64,000 bases of DNA from the NCBI GenBank assembly GCA_012026655.1, contig JAAILG010001175.1, positions 1 to 64,000 of the forward strand, written 5' to 3'. Under the pieces are notes generated by a model. That model saw only the letters and a program-made list of their open reading frames with translations, was not told where the DNA came from and made no database searches. A program made the translations under genes and the position numbers. The DNA is from Hydrolagus affinis. Taxonomy: Eukaryota. This document shows positions 50,827-64,000 of the stretch, piece after piece (the first letter of the stretch is position 1; each line of letters begins with the position of its first letter).

Positions 50827-51469
50827 GCGGCAGAAATTACATCCTGCCCTGCAGTTTGTGGTATTGTGGCTCATACAATCTACCAAACATTCTACACTTG
50901 AACTAGCACTGCGTTCAAGAAGAGTCTGTGTGCCTTTTCTGCACTCGATCTTTGGTAGCTGCAAGGTAACGTTTTGAATTTGTTTCCTCTTCCTACAGAG
51001 TTTGAATGCCTGGAGATCAGTAAAAGTTCCACTCACTTCCCTGACTTTTGTTCGGAAAACAAGAGTAGTTCGTTTAAAAAAACAAACAATAATCTCTGCA
51101 TTTGATGTAGCACTTTATCACTTTGTTGAGATGTCTCGAAGCTCTTCACAGAATACATTGCAAAGTTTAAGCAGTCTAACCTGTCTTTTTAAAGCTGCTT
51201 TGCTGGTTGGTGCCAGTGAATTGAATCATCTCAATCAAACCACACATTGAAGTGATTGGATTGATTTGCTGTTCTGTCATTGCCTGTGTAATAAGTAGAG
51301 CCACACACCAACTGCTTTGGAAACAAACTGGTTTGTCATTTAACTTCAAATGGAGGTTTGCACTGGGAGAGGCTATTTACATTCCTTTATGTGCCTGCTA
51401 TTTGCTGACCCTTTCTAAAAAAAAATCTTGTTGCTTTTGGCTTTTTATTGCTGCATGTTGGGACTTGCA

Positions 51470-51646
51470 GTTGTAAGTGGAGTTGAAATGACCAATTTAT
51501 TATTGCTGTTTTTTTTGGGGAGGGATTATTATTAGGCATGTGGAGTAAGGAAACTTGCCCAAGGTTTCACCCTGATCTGCCTGGATTCGAACACAGGTCT
51601 CATGCTTGTAAGGCGAGTGCTCTAACCACTGAGCTACAGGAGCTCC
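51470..51646 (-). mobile_element. SINE family A, short form, 5' half, about 0.7 kb upstream of the channel ATG
   Basis: GGAGTAAGGAAACTTGCCCAAGG...GGCGAGTGCTCTAACCACTGAGCTACAGGA. Confidence 0.82.
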
Positions 51647-52704
51647 CATCATCCCAGTGCTTGGTGGTCCCTATCTCCCAATGGATTGATTTCAATGTCA
51701 TCACCCTGATCTAAAGATCTGTTTACACCTGCCATCCCCTTATCAATCTGATCTCCTCATACCTACTCATTTCTGACCTTGAACCACATTCTAGGCTGAT
51801 TTTCCAGTGCAGTTCTGGGGGAGCACTGCACTGTCAAGAGATACCGTAATTCAGATCATATGTTTAACCGAGCCTCTATCTACCTGTTTAGGTGAATGTT
51901 AAGGATTTCATGACACTATTTGAAAAGAGAAAGGAGTTTCTCTGTCCCGGCCAGCAATCCCCCAGATTAAACAAAAATAGTGATTCAATTCATAGCTGTT
52001 TGTGGGGCAGTTCTTTGAGCAAATTGGCTGACGTATTCATTATGCCTTACGGAAAACTTTGTGGAAAGCTTTGAGAAGTTTCAATGTGATAAGGAGTGAT
52101 ATATCAAATAATAATAATACTCTTTGTATTTGATACAGTGCCTTATCACATTGTTGAGAATGTCTCAAAACGTTTCACGAGATACACTGACTGTACTTGG
52201 GAGCGAAATGCAATGCAAGGATTATTATTATATCAGATGTTATGAGCTGGACCTCCATTCCTGATGTGGGGATCTACCGTGACTAAAATGCTATACATGG
52301 AATAGTGAGCCAAGTCTGCGTTTGTGCAGCACTGATCCATGCAGGCTGAGACATTGCAGGTTCAAACGTAGGACTGCTGAGTTTGTTGATCTTCGCCAGG
52401 GCAGGGCTACAATTGGTCTCTGAGTTTGGGAAGATACGGCGGTGCGATCGATGTGAGTGTGCTGACCACTGTTGACTCGTGTAGACTGAGAGCACCGGTG
52501 CTTTTGTTCAGAGTTAAAATCTGAACGTCTCTGCGTGCATTTGTGCAGCTTTTGCGCTGACTGCTGGGCTTTATTTGTTCTGCTTGTAGTCACGTTCACA
52601 ACTGCTACTATTTTTATACATTGTGGTCTGTGTTTGCAGTTTCGATGTAGAGTTGAGTATTGTCACTTTAGAAATGAGTTGACTGATGAAGCGACCGTCT
52701 TCAG

Positions 52705-52997
52705 TAATAATAATCCTTGCCTGTGATATAGTGTTTTTCATGTCTTCTCGACCTCTCAAGGCTCTTCACAGAATTGATTGTATATATGTTGGCGAAACAT
52801 GGCAGCCAATTGCACACAGCAGTGTCCCACAAACAGTCGTGGATTGAAATGACCAATTTTATTATTGTTTCTTTTGGAGGGACTATATTTAGGAGTGTGG
52901 AGTAAGGAAACTTGCCTAAGGTTTTGCCCTGCCTGGAATTGAACCCAGGTCCCTCACTTGTAAGGCGAGTGTTCTAACTACTGAGCTACAGGACTCC
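52705..52997 (-). mobile_element. SINE family A, short form, full length
   Basis: Colinear with 3606-3894 and 23106-23419. Confidence 0.88.
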
Positions 52998-54144
52998 ACA
53001 AATGACTTTCGAAGTGAAACCCAGAGACTGTTGAAAGGGCTGCTCACGAAACGCCTGTCTTTTTGGTTATTCAGCGGCATTTGCTAAAGACACACTGTGA
53101 TCGTGATACAGTCTAATCTGCCTCTTCAACTGTGCTTGGGGCCACCTCCCACTTCTTCCTTGCTCAGCCACTCAACTCGCCCCTGTGCAATACTCTGAGA
53201 TACTGTCCTGTGTGAAGGGCGGTGTATAAACACTTCTTGTTGTTCATGATTGTAAGGTCTCCAAGACTTCCGGTAACTGGAGGTCGCTTCCGGTAACTGG
53301 AAATGCAGTGCATGACTCCAGTCTATCCTGAAGTAGAGTTCCCGTGGGTTCTGCCTGCTTGCCTCATTCCGAAATGCCTTTAAGAAAATCCCGCAAATTT
53401 GACCTCATTGTTAGTTTCCATGTCTGTGCAGTCGGTATTGTGCATTGACCCTCCCAATGTCCTCCAACACCAAGCTGCTCATGTAGGCTTATTGTAACAG
53501 TGACTGTTAATATACAGATCAACCTTATTTTTATTTCATACAACCTTGGCATGTACACAGAGCTGAACCCCTGTATAATATGTTTTTCAGTGCCATGGAA
53601 TATCATCTTGGTGTAAAGGTGCAATACCAATGTTATGCTGCTGCTGTTGATGTTTGATTTGCACTGTAATTTTGTTGCTGTTAATAGTTAACGTTGTCAA
53701 AATGAATCAGATTTGCATGCGTTTTCTGCGTATTTTTTTGTTGGCTGATGTTATGTGAGACCTTTCCGCTTTGCATCCTGGCACACTCACACATTGCAAT
53801 CTCAATGCCATCTGTGTTACTTTTTTCCGGCCTTTGTATGGATACATGTTGCTTCGCAAAAATAATTTGTTCCCATGAACAAATTATTTTTTTAGGGGTT
53901 CTGCTTTTTGCTAACACTGTGAAATGTGATTAAGTTTTTGTTCCACTCTTTGAAGGAAGCTATACAAATGCCCCAAATAAGCAGCGCATACAACTGTTGA
54001 GGGTATCACTGAAAGAAGGCTTATCTATATGAGCCAGGTGGAAAATTATTAATCCTTTGTTCTCGATGGAAATGTTTCTAGTTGCAGTTTGTTGCCACAC
54101 GGTGGCGCCATTTGTGCTTGTTCAGCTGGCTAAACTATACAGTA

Positions 54145-54960
54145 CAGGTAGACCCCCGCTTAACAAAGAAGTTAGGGACTTTAGAACCCTTCAATAAGTG
54201 AAAATTTTGTTAAGCGAGAGTTTAACTATATTATTGTATTTGGCTGTATCCGAAACGCCGCCCCGACCTGAGCCTCCCTGCTAACATCAGTTTAGTTCCT
54301 AGTGATTCCTCGCGCTAACATTTTCGGGGTACAGGTTGAGCGTCCAAAATCCGGAATTCCAGAATGTGACAAACATTGCAAGAATAAAAACGCCAATCCT
54401 ACCTGCTCCAGGCCAGGTCTTCACAGTCACTGCGCTGAAGTATCGCAACCTGGGCCCAGGCATTTCCGGACACGTGACGCGCTTCTGGCATTCCAAAGTA
54501 CGGAAATACCCGAACCTGGAATCGACTATGGACAGAATTCAGAATGCTCAACCTGTACTAGCGAAGGCCGAAGGTAGATATAACTGCTATTGAAGGCTAC
54601 ACAACTTTAAATACAACAATAAAGTATTAAAATGTTAGTAAATACAACAATAAACAATAAAACACAGGGAGTCCTCGACTTACTATTATTGAAGCCACGA
54701 AGCATCCTGCCGCTTAAACTCCTCCCATATGGGAGGGGCTGCGCTGCACTGCTTAACTGAGGCACGCTAAAGACGGAGCGTGTGTTGCGGGGCCAACCGG
54801 GAGAGACTCTACCCATGAGAAGCTGCGCACGAAAAACCCGTGAGATTTAACTTGTGTGTAAACGTTCATTATAGCGAAAGCAGCCTTTGTTAAGTGGATA
54901 ATTGGTACAAATAGAAAGCCTTCGTTAACCGAGCGTTTGGTAAGTCGTTAAATAACTACA
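54145..54960. mobile_element. Outer Tigger-like non-autonomous element hosting the 54332 MITE
   Basis: Left end TA|CAGGTAGACCCCCGCTTAAC; repeated subterminal TT(C/T)GTTAAG(C/T)G-like motifs near both ends; right TIR not cleanly seen; CpG-rich. Confidence 0.55.
54332..54555. mobile_element. pogo/Tigger-like MITE (224 bp) with TA target-site duplication
   Basis: TA|CAGGTTGAGC...GCTCAACCTG|TA: perfect 10-bp TIR with imperfect extension; ends resemble Tigger4/MER46. Confidence 0.8.
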
Positions 54961-55662
54961 GTTTAATAAATAACAATCCCTACATTTGATATAGGGTGTA
55001 TAACGACCAAATGTCTCAACGCTCTTATTTACATGTCATAGGTTACCTACCATAGGTTAAACCCTACCATAACATTAATATTATCTGGATGGATAAGGTT
55101 ATTTTCTAATAGTCAGTTTGAAATTAATACTCCAGACATTTGTTCGTTCATTCGTAAACAAGATTGGCCCTTCACTTCTGTTTGTGGGGCATTGCTATGT
55201 GCAAATTGATTGCCACATTTGCCCACAAATACTCAGTCACTGCCCTCTACTGTGGATCAAGTGAAGCTCTTTATAACATTAACATAAACAGTGATATATC
55301 AAATGTAAGAATTATTATATTCTGTGAATCACATTGGGATATCTGGATAATGTGAAAGGGTAATGCCTTATATATCAAATGCAAGGATTATTTTGTAGGA
55401 TTTATATCAAAGTAGAGGCACATCCTTTGCATTTTGCAGCAGAAATATTTGCTCAATCTTTAATTGCAAAGTGTGGTTTGGACTCAAGTCATTAAAAAAA
55501 ATTACAGCCTTTCACCCTTGAACAACCTGTTGACACTCGGTCTAGATTTGCACATGAACAATGTCTCCTTGAGTATATTCCTGGTGAGCTGTCTGTGTGG
55601 GGATAGGCATGAGAGAGAGGTTGGAGAGAAAGAGATTGAGGTGAATTGGAAATAGTTTCTGT

Positions 55663-55978
55663 GAAGTCCTCTACACAGTATCTCAGTGGTTAGAGCACTC
55701 ACCCTGCAAGTGAGACACCTGGGTTTGATTCCTGGCAGGGTGAGACCTTGGGGAAGTTTCCTTACTCCACATGCCTGATAAAAATCCCTCACCTCCAAAA
55801 AAAATAATAAAAATTGGTCAATTATACCCATGACTGTTGTGGGACACTGCTGTGTGCAACTGGCTGCCGCATTCCGCCCACAAATATAGTCAATTCACTT
55901 TGGAGTATATTCTTTGAAGCGTTTTGAGACATCTCGAAGATCTGAAAAGTGCTACATCAAATACAAGGATTATTATTG
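55663..55978 (+). mobile_element. SINE family A, short form, full length
   Basis: TCTCAGTGGTTAGAGCACTCACC A box, GGTTTGATTCC B box, tail CAAATACAAGGATTATTATT. Confidence 0.86.
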
Positions 55979-58496
55979 TCAGTAGTATTATTGCAAACGT
56001 ACAGATGAAATGATCAGTGATCAGGAATGAATTGCACTACTGCAATGCGATGTGATCTCGGACTACGTTGTGCTGCCTATTATGACCTCCAGGTGGCAGT
56101 GAACTCACAGTGGTTTGACATCCACAATAGACATCTTGTCCCCTCTCAGACTCCCACTGTTGTTTTACAGAGGGCACAATGTCTGATGCTAAGTAAGCAA
56201 ATGTAACAAAACATCGCCTTTCCTCCCTTCTTTTCCAATGTGAGTCTTCATCTTTCTCGCCTACAAAATCCACAGTCTGCGAAATGCAACTTCTGTTAAG
56301 TACTGAATATTCTGTGAAAAGCTTTGAGACATCCTCCCCGTGTGAAAAGGAGTTATACCAAATATAAAGATGATTATGATTAGCCTGTAATCCTTTCAAG
56401 CTTTGAGATGTTATGTTGATGTAATAAGGCGCAAATGCAAGGATTATTCCACCTTTAGCCCTGATCTTCTAGATTACCTGTGCTATTACCACCATAGGTA
56501 AAGCAGGGTATGGCACTATGAAAGAGGGCATGTTCCATTCCAGAACTGGAATTCCCATGTGTAAGCGGCATGCATGGATCGCCGTCTAGTTTGAATATTT
56601 TTAAACTCAGTGATTAGTTTCCACGTGCATCAGACACCCACCCCCACCCCCTAGTTGACCAAAAAAGAAACCCTCTATAACTAGGTATTATGAAGTGAGT
56701 GAGAGTTTTCTAGGTGGGGAAGACCGGTGGGGGGAAGGAGAGAGTGAATTATTTCCCTATTTTCCTTCTTTCCCAGCAGAGGTCTCCAACCCCCTCTTAA
56801 TTCTTACCTGACCGACCCCTCGGAAATTGTGAGTTGGTGGTCTGGAATTTGGGGAATGTAAAAAGCCTCCTAATAATGGGGAATATAGGATAATTAAGAT
56901 AAACGGCTCGGCAGCGAGTGCGTAGAGTAGCTGATGTGAATGGCTCTCAAAAGACTGTTGCAGATGATGATAAATAGTCTTCAGCGGAATTCTTGGCTGA
57001 CGAGTCAAGTGTTCAACTTGTCAGCGGAATGGAAGCACTTACCTCTGTGTTGAGAGTCTCTTCCTTTTATGGACCAGGACTGCTCAGCCAACACTTGGGA
57101 GCGGTGGGTCATAGAGAGGGACATCTCCCAGAATGTGTTCTGGATTATGAGCGTTCACTTTGAGTGTTTATATAGCGGCAACGCTTCTCGCTCCCTCGCC
57201 GCTGCCCATTATGAGATGCTCATGGGGCCAAATTTTGAAAGTGGTCTCACGGCACTTAGCTGTTTGATGGGAGAAGTCTTCTCTTTATCGCTTGCTCTCA
57301 GCCGCGGCTCAGTTTATCACTAAGTCCATTTTCAGCCTTTTTGCCTTAAGAATTTAGATCTCGTGAAATTTTGGAAAATCATAATAATGACAAGAATCGT
57401 ATTTGCATGTAGCGTCTCTTTTTTCATTCAATACACCAGTCTCAAAGTGCTTCACAGGATTTACTGGAAAGCTCAGTGACTGTCTGTTTGTAGGAGAATG
57501 TGGCAGCCAATTTGCACACTGCAATGTCCCATAAACAGCCCTGAAGTGAGAGACCAATTTTATCTTTGGGATTTGTTGGCTAGGGCCTCAGGAGAAACTC
57601 CCTTCTCTTTTCGATAGTGCCACGGGAACATTAATGTTCAGGTGAACAGAGAGTGGGAGGACAGCACAGCCATCAATGCAGCACCCACTGTAGCACTGTC
57701 GAATGTACAATGTCCTATTCTATGCTGTTCAGCCACCAAGTTGGCTGCTTGTGTATGTTTGGTGTGTTTCATGCTGTGTTTCAGGTGCCTATTAGTGTAT
57801 GATGATTAATAATATATAAAAGCCCAATAAGCACAGATTTTGCTGTAAGGTATTTTTTCTATTTGCCAAGCTGTGTATTTGGATTACATTATACAATAAG
57901 GAACAAATTTACATTTACAGTATATAGCGTCGTTCACATTGGGAGGTTTGTGCTGAGGCATTTGAGAGTCCTGACTTGGCACCCTGCATAAATATATACA
58001 TACCTGTATTTGCGAATACATATGTACATCTATACACTGTATTTATAATACAGTATATACATATTGTACATTGCAGGAATTTGAATCCATATTCATCTCT
58101 ATAGGAAAATTTACTATTATCATAGGTTAAACCGCTTTCTTCCATTCCTCCCTGCCTCATTCATTAGCCAATACATTCTGGTCACTTCTGGTGATTTGAA
58201 TCAATACACTGTAACAGCGAAGCACAGCTGCGATCACATCATTGCACTGACATTTCTGTCCCCCCCAGGACACGATTTGCATCTATTTTACTGCCGCTCC
58301 ATTTTGTCCTTCGCTGTGCTCATTGTTTGATGATGTAAGACCGACCTCTCTCTCTCTCTCTCTCTCCCGAGGATGGAGAACCCACACGCAGGACGACAAC
58401 TGGCAACGTCAGGTTACTGAATCACTCTCTGTTTTCAATTCCTCTGTGAAGAAGACGTTCAATGATGCGTTCACTGTGGCTCTGTAACAATTGCCA

Positions 58497-58842
58497 ATAA
58501 TAATGAGAATAATTACTTTTGCATTTGATACAGCGCCTCGTCGCGTCATTGAGACATCTCAAAGTGCTTCACTTATACTGTAAAATTAAATCAATATTTT
58601 GTGGGCAAAATGCAGCAGCTAACTGCGCAAAGCAGTGTTCCACGAACAGTCATGGATTGCATTACCAAATTATTATTATTGTTTTTAACGTGTCACGCCA
58701 TCGATTAACAACCAGGTTTCTACTTCCTGCTAGGTAAACAGAAGCGTGTGGAGCAAGGAAAACCGCTTAAGGTTTTGCCCTGCCTGGGAATTGAACCCAG
58801 GTCCTCTCGCTTGCGAGGCGAGTGCTCTAACCACTATGTTAC
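58497..58842 (-). mobile_element. SINE family A, long form, near full length
   Basis: Tail, body, internal segment and head (GAATTGAACCCAGG...GGCGAGTGCTCTAACCACT on the plus strand). Confidence 0.85.
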
Positions 58843-59589
58843 AGTGAGCCATGGGGAATTAGAGCAGACTGGTCTTGGGCGACGTGCTAGAATTCTGCGA
58901 TATTTTCTTTTTTGTCTGAGAGACGTTTCTGAGTGTATTAATCAACTGCAATGTAACCTCTGGTCCCGAATTAATAATTTTCAAAGCATGGGTCACAAAC
59001 CAGTTTATATTTTGCATATATTGCAATGATGCATGAAACTGCCCTCCCCTGTCAAACTGAACCTGAAGAGACCAAGTCCCTGAGGGCTCATTACTTAATT
59101 GCTACCCAGATGTACAGCTCTCTTTTCATTACATTTTCCCCAGGAATTCTAATAGACCACCAGGCCCCCAAAGACGCTTTTAATAACCTTGATATTCGAA
59201 CCTTGCTGAGCATGAACTGCTGTAGATTTCAATATATCATGCGTATTAATAACACCAGTAATTACTCACCAGTGTTTAAACTCTGGGTTTACAGGATGGA
59301 TGGAAGCACTCACCGTGGCTGAGTAAAAATAATATTTGCTTTTTACTCGGATATTACCACGGAGGAGAGGATCTAACGAATGATCAAGAAATAATAATTT
59401 GTGCATTAGTTACAGTGCCCTTCACATCGGGGGGGATGTCTCAAAGCATTTCACAGATTTTGCTTTGATGTGCAGTGACTGTGTGCTTTGTCAGCAAAGG
59501 CGGCAGCCGGTTTGTTTACAGCAATGTCCACAAACAGCAGTGAGTGACCAATTTTATTTAGGGGTGATATTGTCTGCCAGGGTAGAGCA

Positions 59590-59940
59590 TCTTTTACTTT
59601 GGGAGGACGTCTCCAAGACTTTTCACATAGCTGAATGGGGGTGAGAGGGAGCTGAGGAGGGTGGTGAGTGCAGGGCTAGGGGGTGGGGTTGGGGGTGAAA
59701 GTGACTGATAATGTGGACAAAAAGATAGTCCACACCTATAAGACCTGAGTGGATGAGACAGAGAGACTCTGGGATTGAGTTCCCAAGTGGCTGAAAGCTC
59801 GTCCACTATTTGGTGGGGTGGATCAGGTAAAGGATATGTTAGCTGAGGGAATGACTGGGGATAGTTGGGTTGCAGGAGGTAGGGAGGAGTGAGGCCATGG
59901 AGGAAAATGACACACACAAGCAGCAGAGTTCTGGATTTCA
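59590..59940 (-). mobile_element. L2 LINE 3' fragment
   Basis: LHGLTPPYL motif; homologous to 39165-39520. Confidence 0.7.
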
Positions 59941-62900
59941 AAGAACTGTGTGGAGTTTTTCTCCCACTCAGCTTGTTTTATGTTCCCCTCCTGCTCCAAA
60001 TTTACCCGAGAGTCAAATGAAATATCTGCTCATCGCATTCTTGTTTCCCGGCCTAAATGGGCTTAGATTAGTCGCTGTGTTTTCTTCTATCAACAAGATT
60101 TGCTTTAATTTCTAATTGGTTCTGTTTTGTTTTAGCGCTTTGAGATATTGTCATCTTTTTAAGAACGTGAAAGGCACTCTGTACACATTGTTAATAATAA
60201 ATAAAACACCTACAAGAAGCAGCTGACAGTACATTTTGTGTTACGGTAAATATCATGCCACTGATAATCTTTCCACTGCTGCATTTTCCACTTGTCATAC
60301 CTTCTGCTCAGTCTCACTGGAGTCTTTTCCTATTGAATGGTACTTATGATAAGTCTTTTGCTAGTTCCTGATGAGTGCTGCTAGAAAGTGTACGTGTGAA
60401 AACCATCCCATCCAAGTCCATTCTCACCCATTGTGTACACACACATACTTTCCAGCCATAGTTACTGGATAATAACCAGGAATGGTAACACTGCTTGATA
60501 AAAATTAGTGCAGTTACTATTCAAGAGTTGAACAAGTTTTCCACTATGCCTGGCTCTTTTAGGAGCTGACATGCTGCTAATTTAGGTGTCGCTTGGCTCT
60601 TATCCCCGGGCTCCGAAGGTAGTGGGTTCAAGCCTTCATTCGGGCCTTCAGCTCAGAATCTGGGCTATCACTCCTGTGCAGTGAGGGATGGGCAAGTGCG
60701 GCATTATTGAAGGTGTCACCCTTTGGATGACACATTAAACTCAAAGTCCCGTTTGCCTATTCAGATGGACTTTATCGATACCTTTGAAACTTCTGAACCC
60801 AGCAACTGAGCCAGACAGACACACAAAAACAGTACAGATCACCAGACAGGTACACCTGCTTCCCCACACTGAGATACACTGTGAACTGATGACATGCTGC
60901 ATTGTGAAATCCAAAACAAGAGAGTTGATACCGATAAAATTATCCCCTCAATTCCGTCAAATGTCACATTTTATTATTTAAACTTGAATGATCACATCTG
61001 CACTGTAATTTGTCAGCTTGTTACCTAACAGAGAACTCGGTGCCAGAAGTTATACCTAAATGTAATTCTTGCGTCTGACGCATGTTGCTTTTCTCTGCGT
61101 TAAAACTGAATTGGTCGTTTCACCATTATGCATTCTTGAGCTTAATTAAATAATACATCATAGAAATAAACGAGCCTGGAGGTTCACTTTAGCTCTTTCA
61201 TTAAGCATTTAAAAGTGAATGAGCAACCAAATATTTTTCTTCAAGCTTCAAGTATGCCATCCAACTTCCCCTTTTATCCTAGATCCTTCCTCTCTGTTTA
61301 TGGAACCCAAACGTGCTCTGTTTTTGTTGTTGTATCTCTCAATCTCGTTGGTTACAGGCAGTTTGAAAGGCAGGCTGCAGAGCACCATTCTGCTTGCAAC
61401 TGAGGAGCTGATCTTACCTTTTGGGCACCAAATTACTTTAGAAACATCTGCTGTCTCCAGTCTACTAGCCTGGACATCATAGTGAAGTCTATAGCAATTC
61501 TTGTTGTGTTTGTCCAATGCAAACAGAAAAGCAGTTGTAGGCTATGAGAGTATAAGGAAACAGTCCCAGATTTCTATCTGTGCAAGTTTCATGGGGTGAG
61601 AATTGTAACGTTTCATAACAGAGCCGATAGCCATTCATTTTCATTTCCACGCTGATATCTGTTCTGGCATATTTCTTAACATTAAGAACATAACAACTGC
61701 CAAGCGGAGGAAGACCGAGATCCATGTAGTTTGCCTTCCAGCATCCTGGCAGTTGCAAGCATATGTCATGTCTCGAACTATATAATGTATCCCCAGATAT
61801 TGTTTCCTAAAATAAATCGATCTAATCTGCTTTTAAAAGAAGCAACACTTCTCTTTGGCTCTTTTAGTTGTAACCTCATCTGGGAATTGTTTCAAAGGAA
61901 TTCTTGATCCGAGCCGTGTCAAGCAGCTGAGTTGACGTCAGGAGAGAGATATTGGGTGCGTCAATGACTTTGTCATTTGAAGTTCACGATTGCATATTAA
62001 TCCAGCTTTCACACATGGTCAAGCTGAGCAATCAATCAGAGTAATTTATTTCATGAATTCAGCAGCATTTGAGCGGAAGTTTTCATCTTTTGAGATATCA
62101 ATGGAGAAAAAACAGCCTTGTTGAAGTCAATTCTAAGTCATGAGGAGAATTTAAGGGATTGCGTTTACATAGAAACAAAATCAGGTTAAACATCAAGGTA
62201 ATAATAACAAACGATATCAAATGTAATAATAATAATTATAATCTTCATCTTTTTCCAATGTGCAGCATCTTTCTCGTCAGGAGGATATCACTGGCGTTCA
62301 CTATAAAGTGCAGTAACTGCATTCTGCAGGTGAACGCAGTAGCTGATTTGAGCACAACAATGCCTCACAGGCAGCCGTGAAGTCAAATGGGTTAAATTAT
62401 ACTATATCTAAAAAAAAAGGTTTGCATTGTCTGAGTGAAAAAGACCAGGGAGAATTAAATGATTGTGTAAGATTTGATCTGTTGGTACCTTGGCACTTTA
62501 AATCCAGTACAGCTTTCCATTCTGACAGAAACAAGAGAGATTATTGTTTTCCTTTGGCTGTAATCAACAACTTCTTAAGAGCTGAGCATTGTTCCTCAAA
62601 TGTTACATATTCATTTGTACTTGGAGAGAACTGTGCTGCACACACTGTTTGTATTTCGATGATTTGAATAATGGATTATTGCTGATCAAGGTGAGATATG
62701 CAGGAGCATTGGTGTACTTTTCTATTTTGGGCACTTTTAAGGGCTGAAATTTCCTTTTTAGTCTTAGCCGTTAAGACTGCTCTATCATAAAAATGTAAGA
62801 GCATACAGCATTGATAGATGATCAGTCCTTATTTGGAAGCCTGTTTCTTTTCATGAACTGTGGAAACACAGCTTCCAAATTAGGGATGGAATTGATAAAT

Positions 62901-64000
62901 TTCCACAATGCCACAAAAGAAGTTCCCATTACGGACTTCAATCCCTGACTGTGCAGGACTTTGGAATGTTCTTCTGATGCAGAAAGGTGCCATATAAATT
63001 TAATTTGCTGTTTGTTGTCATTCTCGTTTAAGGCAGACAGGCAAGGGCTAGGTGGGATTTGGGGTCTTAAGTGAGATTTTCAGCATTAAATACTGTACAC
63101 TGAAACCCAGCTCGACAGACCAATTGGAGTGGAGGAGATCCAGTTCCATAAAATAGAACTATTAGGAAGGATGTAAAGGGCAGGACACCAGACTTGTTTC
63201 CAATAAGCAACTTGATGCTATTTCATATATAAAAAACACTGTATCTGTACTTAAAGTATCGCTATCCATTAGATTAGGTTTAGTCAGTGGGCTATTGTGT
63301 AACACTGAGTTGCAAAATGCTTTCAAAATAAGAATGCCATTGCTTCTGTTTTTTTCTGAATGAACATAGATTGTGTCATATTGTCAAGTGGTGTGTGTAC
63401 ACACGGTCCCTTTCTATTAGCAAAGTTGTGATAGAAGAAGTAGATCTATCCTTAGTGGCAAAGGGTACAAGGCAACATCTGCCGACTGACTGAGGCAACG
63501 CCACCCGGCTATAACTTCCACCATACCCCATGTGGTGGTGGTGGTGTGGCCCTCATCTCTAGGCACTATATCAAATGCAAAGATTATTATAATATATTTT
63601 AAAGTTTACTGAACATCCAGGAAACTGAATAGGCATCAGACAGCTGGAGCTGTGCCTCTATAATTCGGTGCCTGAGAACCCAGAGAGAATGTCATTGTTC
63701 TTAAGAACACAGTATGTGTGAAGCACTGACGTGATGCAGAACGGCAGCATTATAGCAGACGAGCAATCGTAGAGATCTATTCTGAGTAAGTGACCTAACA
63801 GGTTAATTTAAGTTGCCAATGGAAACATAACTTTGTCTGCTCCACATGTTACTTGATTGAGTCCCAGGAGCACTTTGTTGAAGCCTTACGATGGACCTGT
63901 GCCAGTATAAGAGTTAAATATATCTTACAATGCGAATTTCTCAGCGAACACTGACATATTAAGCAAAATATCCCATTAGCTCATTTGTAAGATATTTTCA

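Overview
Eukaryotic, repeat-rich vertebrate DNA; the SINE/LINE content (DeuSINE-type, CORE-like SINE, L2, CR1) points to a cartilaginous fish, possibly a chimaera (inference). One protein-coding gene is supported: a five-coding-exon two-pore-domain K+ channel of the TALK subfamily (KCNK16/TALK-1-like, 354 aa) on the minus strand at 44882-50752, with a proximal TATA box and a candidate polyA signal. The other ~58 kb is non-coding: many SINE and LINE fragments, a pogo/Tigger-like MITE nest and several repeat-free blocks that may be regulatory. Most notable: (1) the homology-predicted intron-1 donor reads AAG|TTAAGT instead of GT; (2) intron 3 holds a 56-bp copy of the pore-exon 3' end and its donor, fused to a SINE head, in which all 7 substitutions improve two overlapping hairpins covering the duplicated donor; (3) a modular tRNA+CORE-like+Deu-like SINE with two subfamilies. 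No prokaryotic-type system, CRISPR array or genuine tRNA/rRNA gene was seen. Repeat family names come from recalled consensus sequences, not a database search, and repeat boundaries are approximate.
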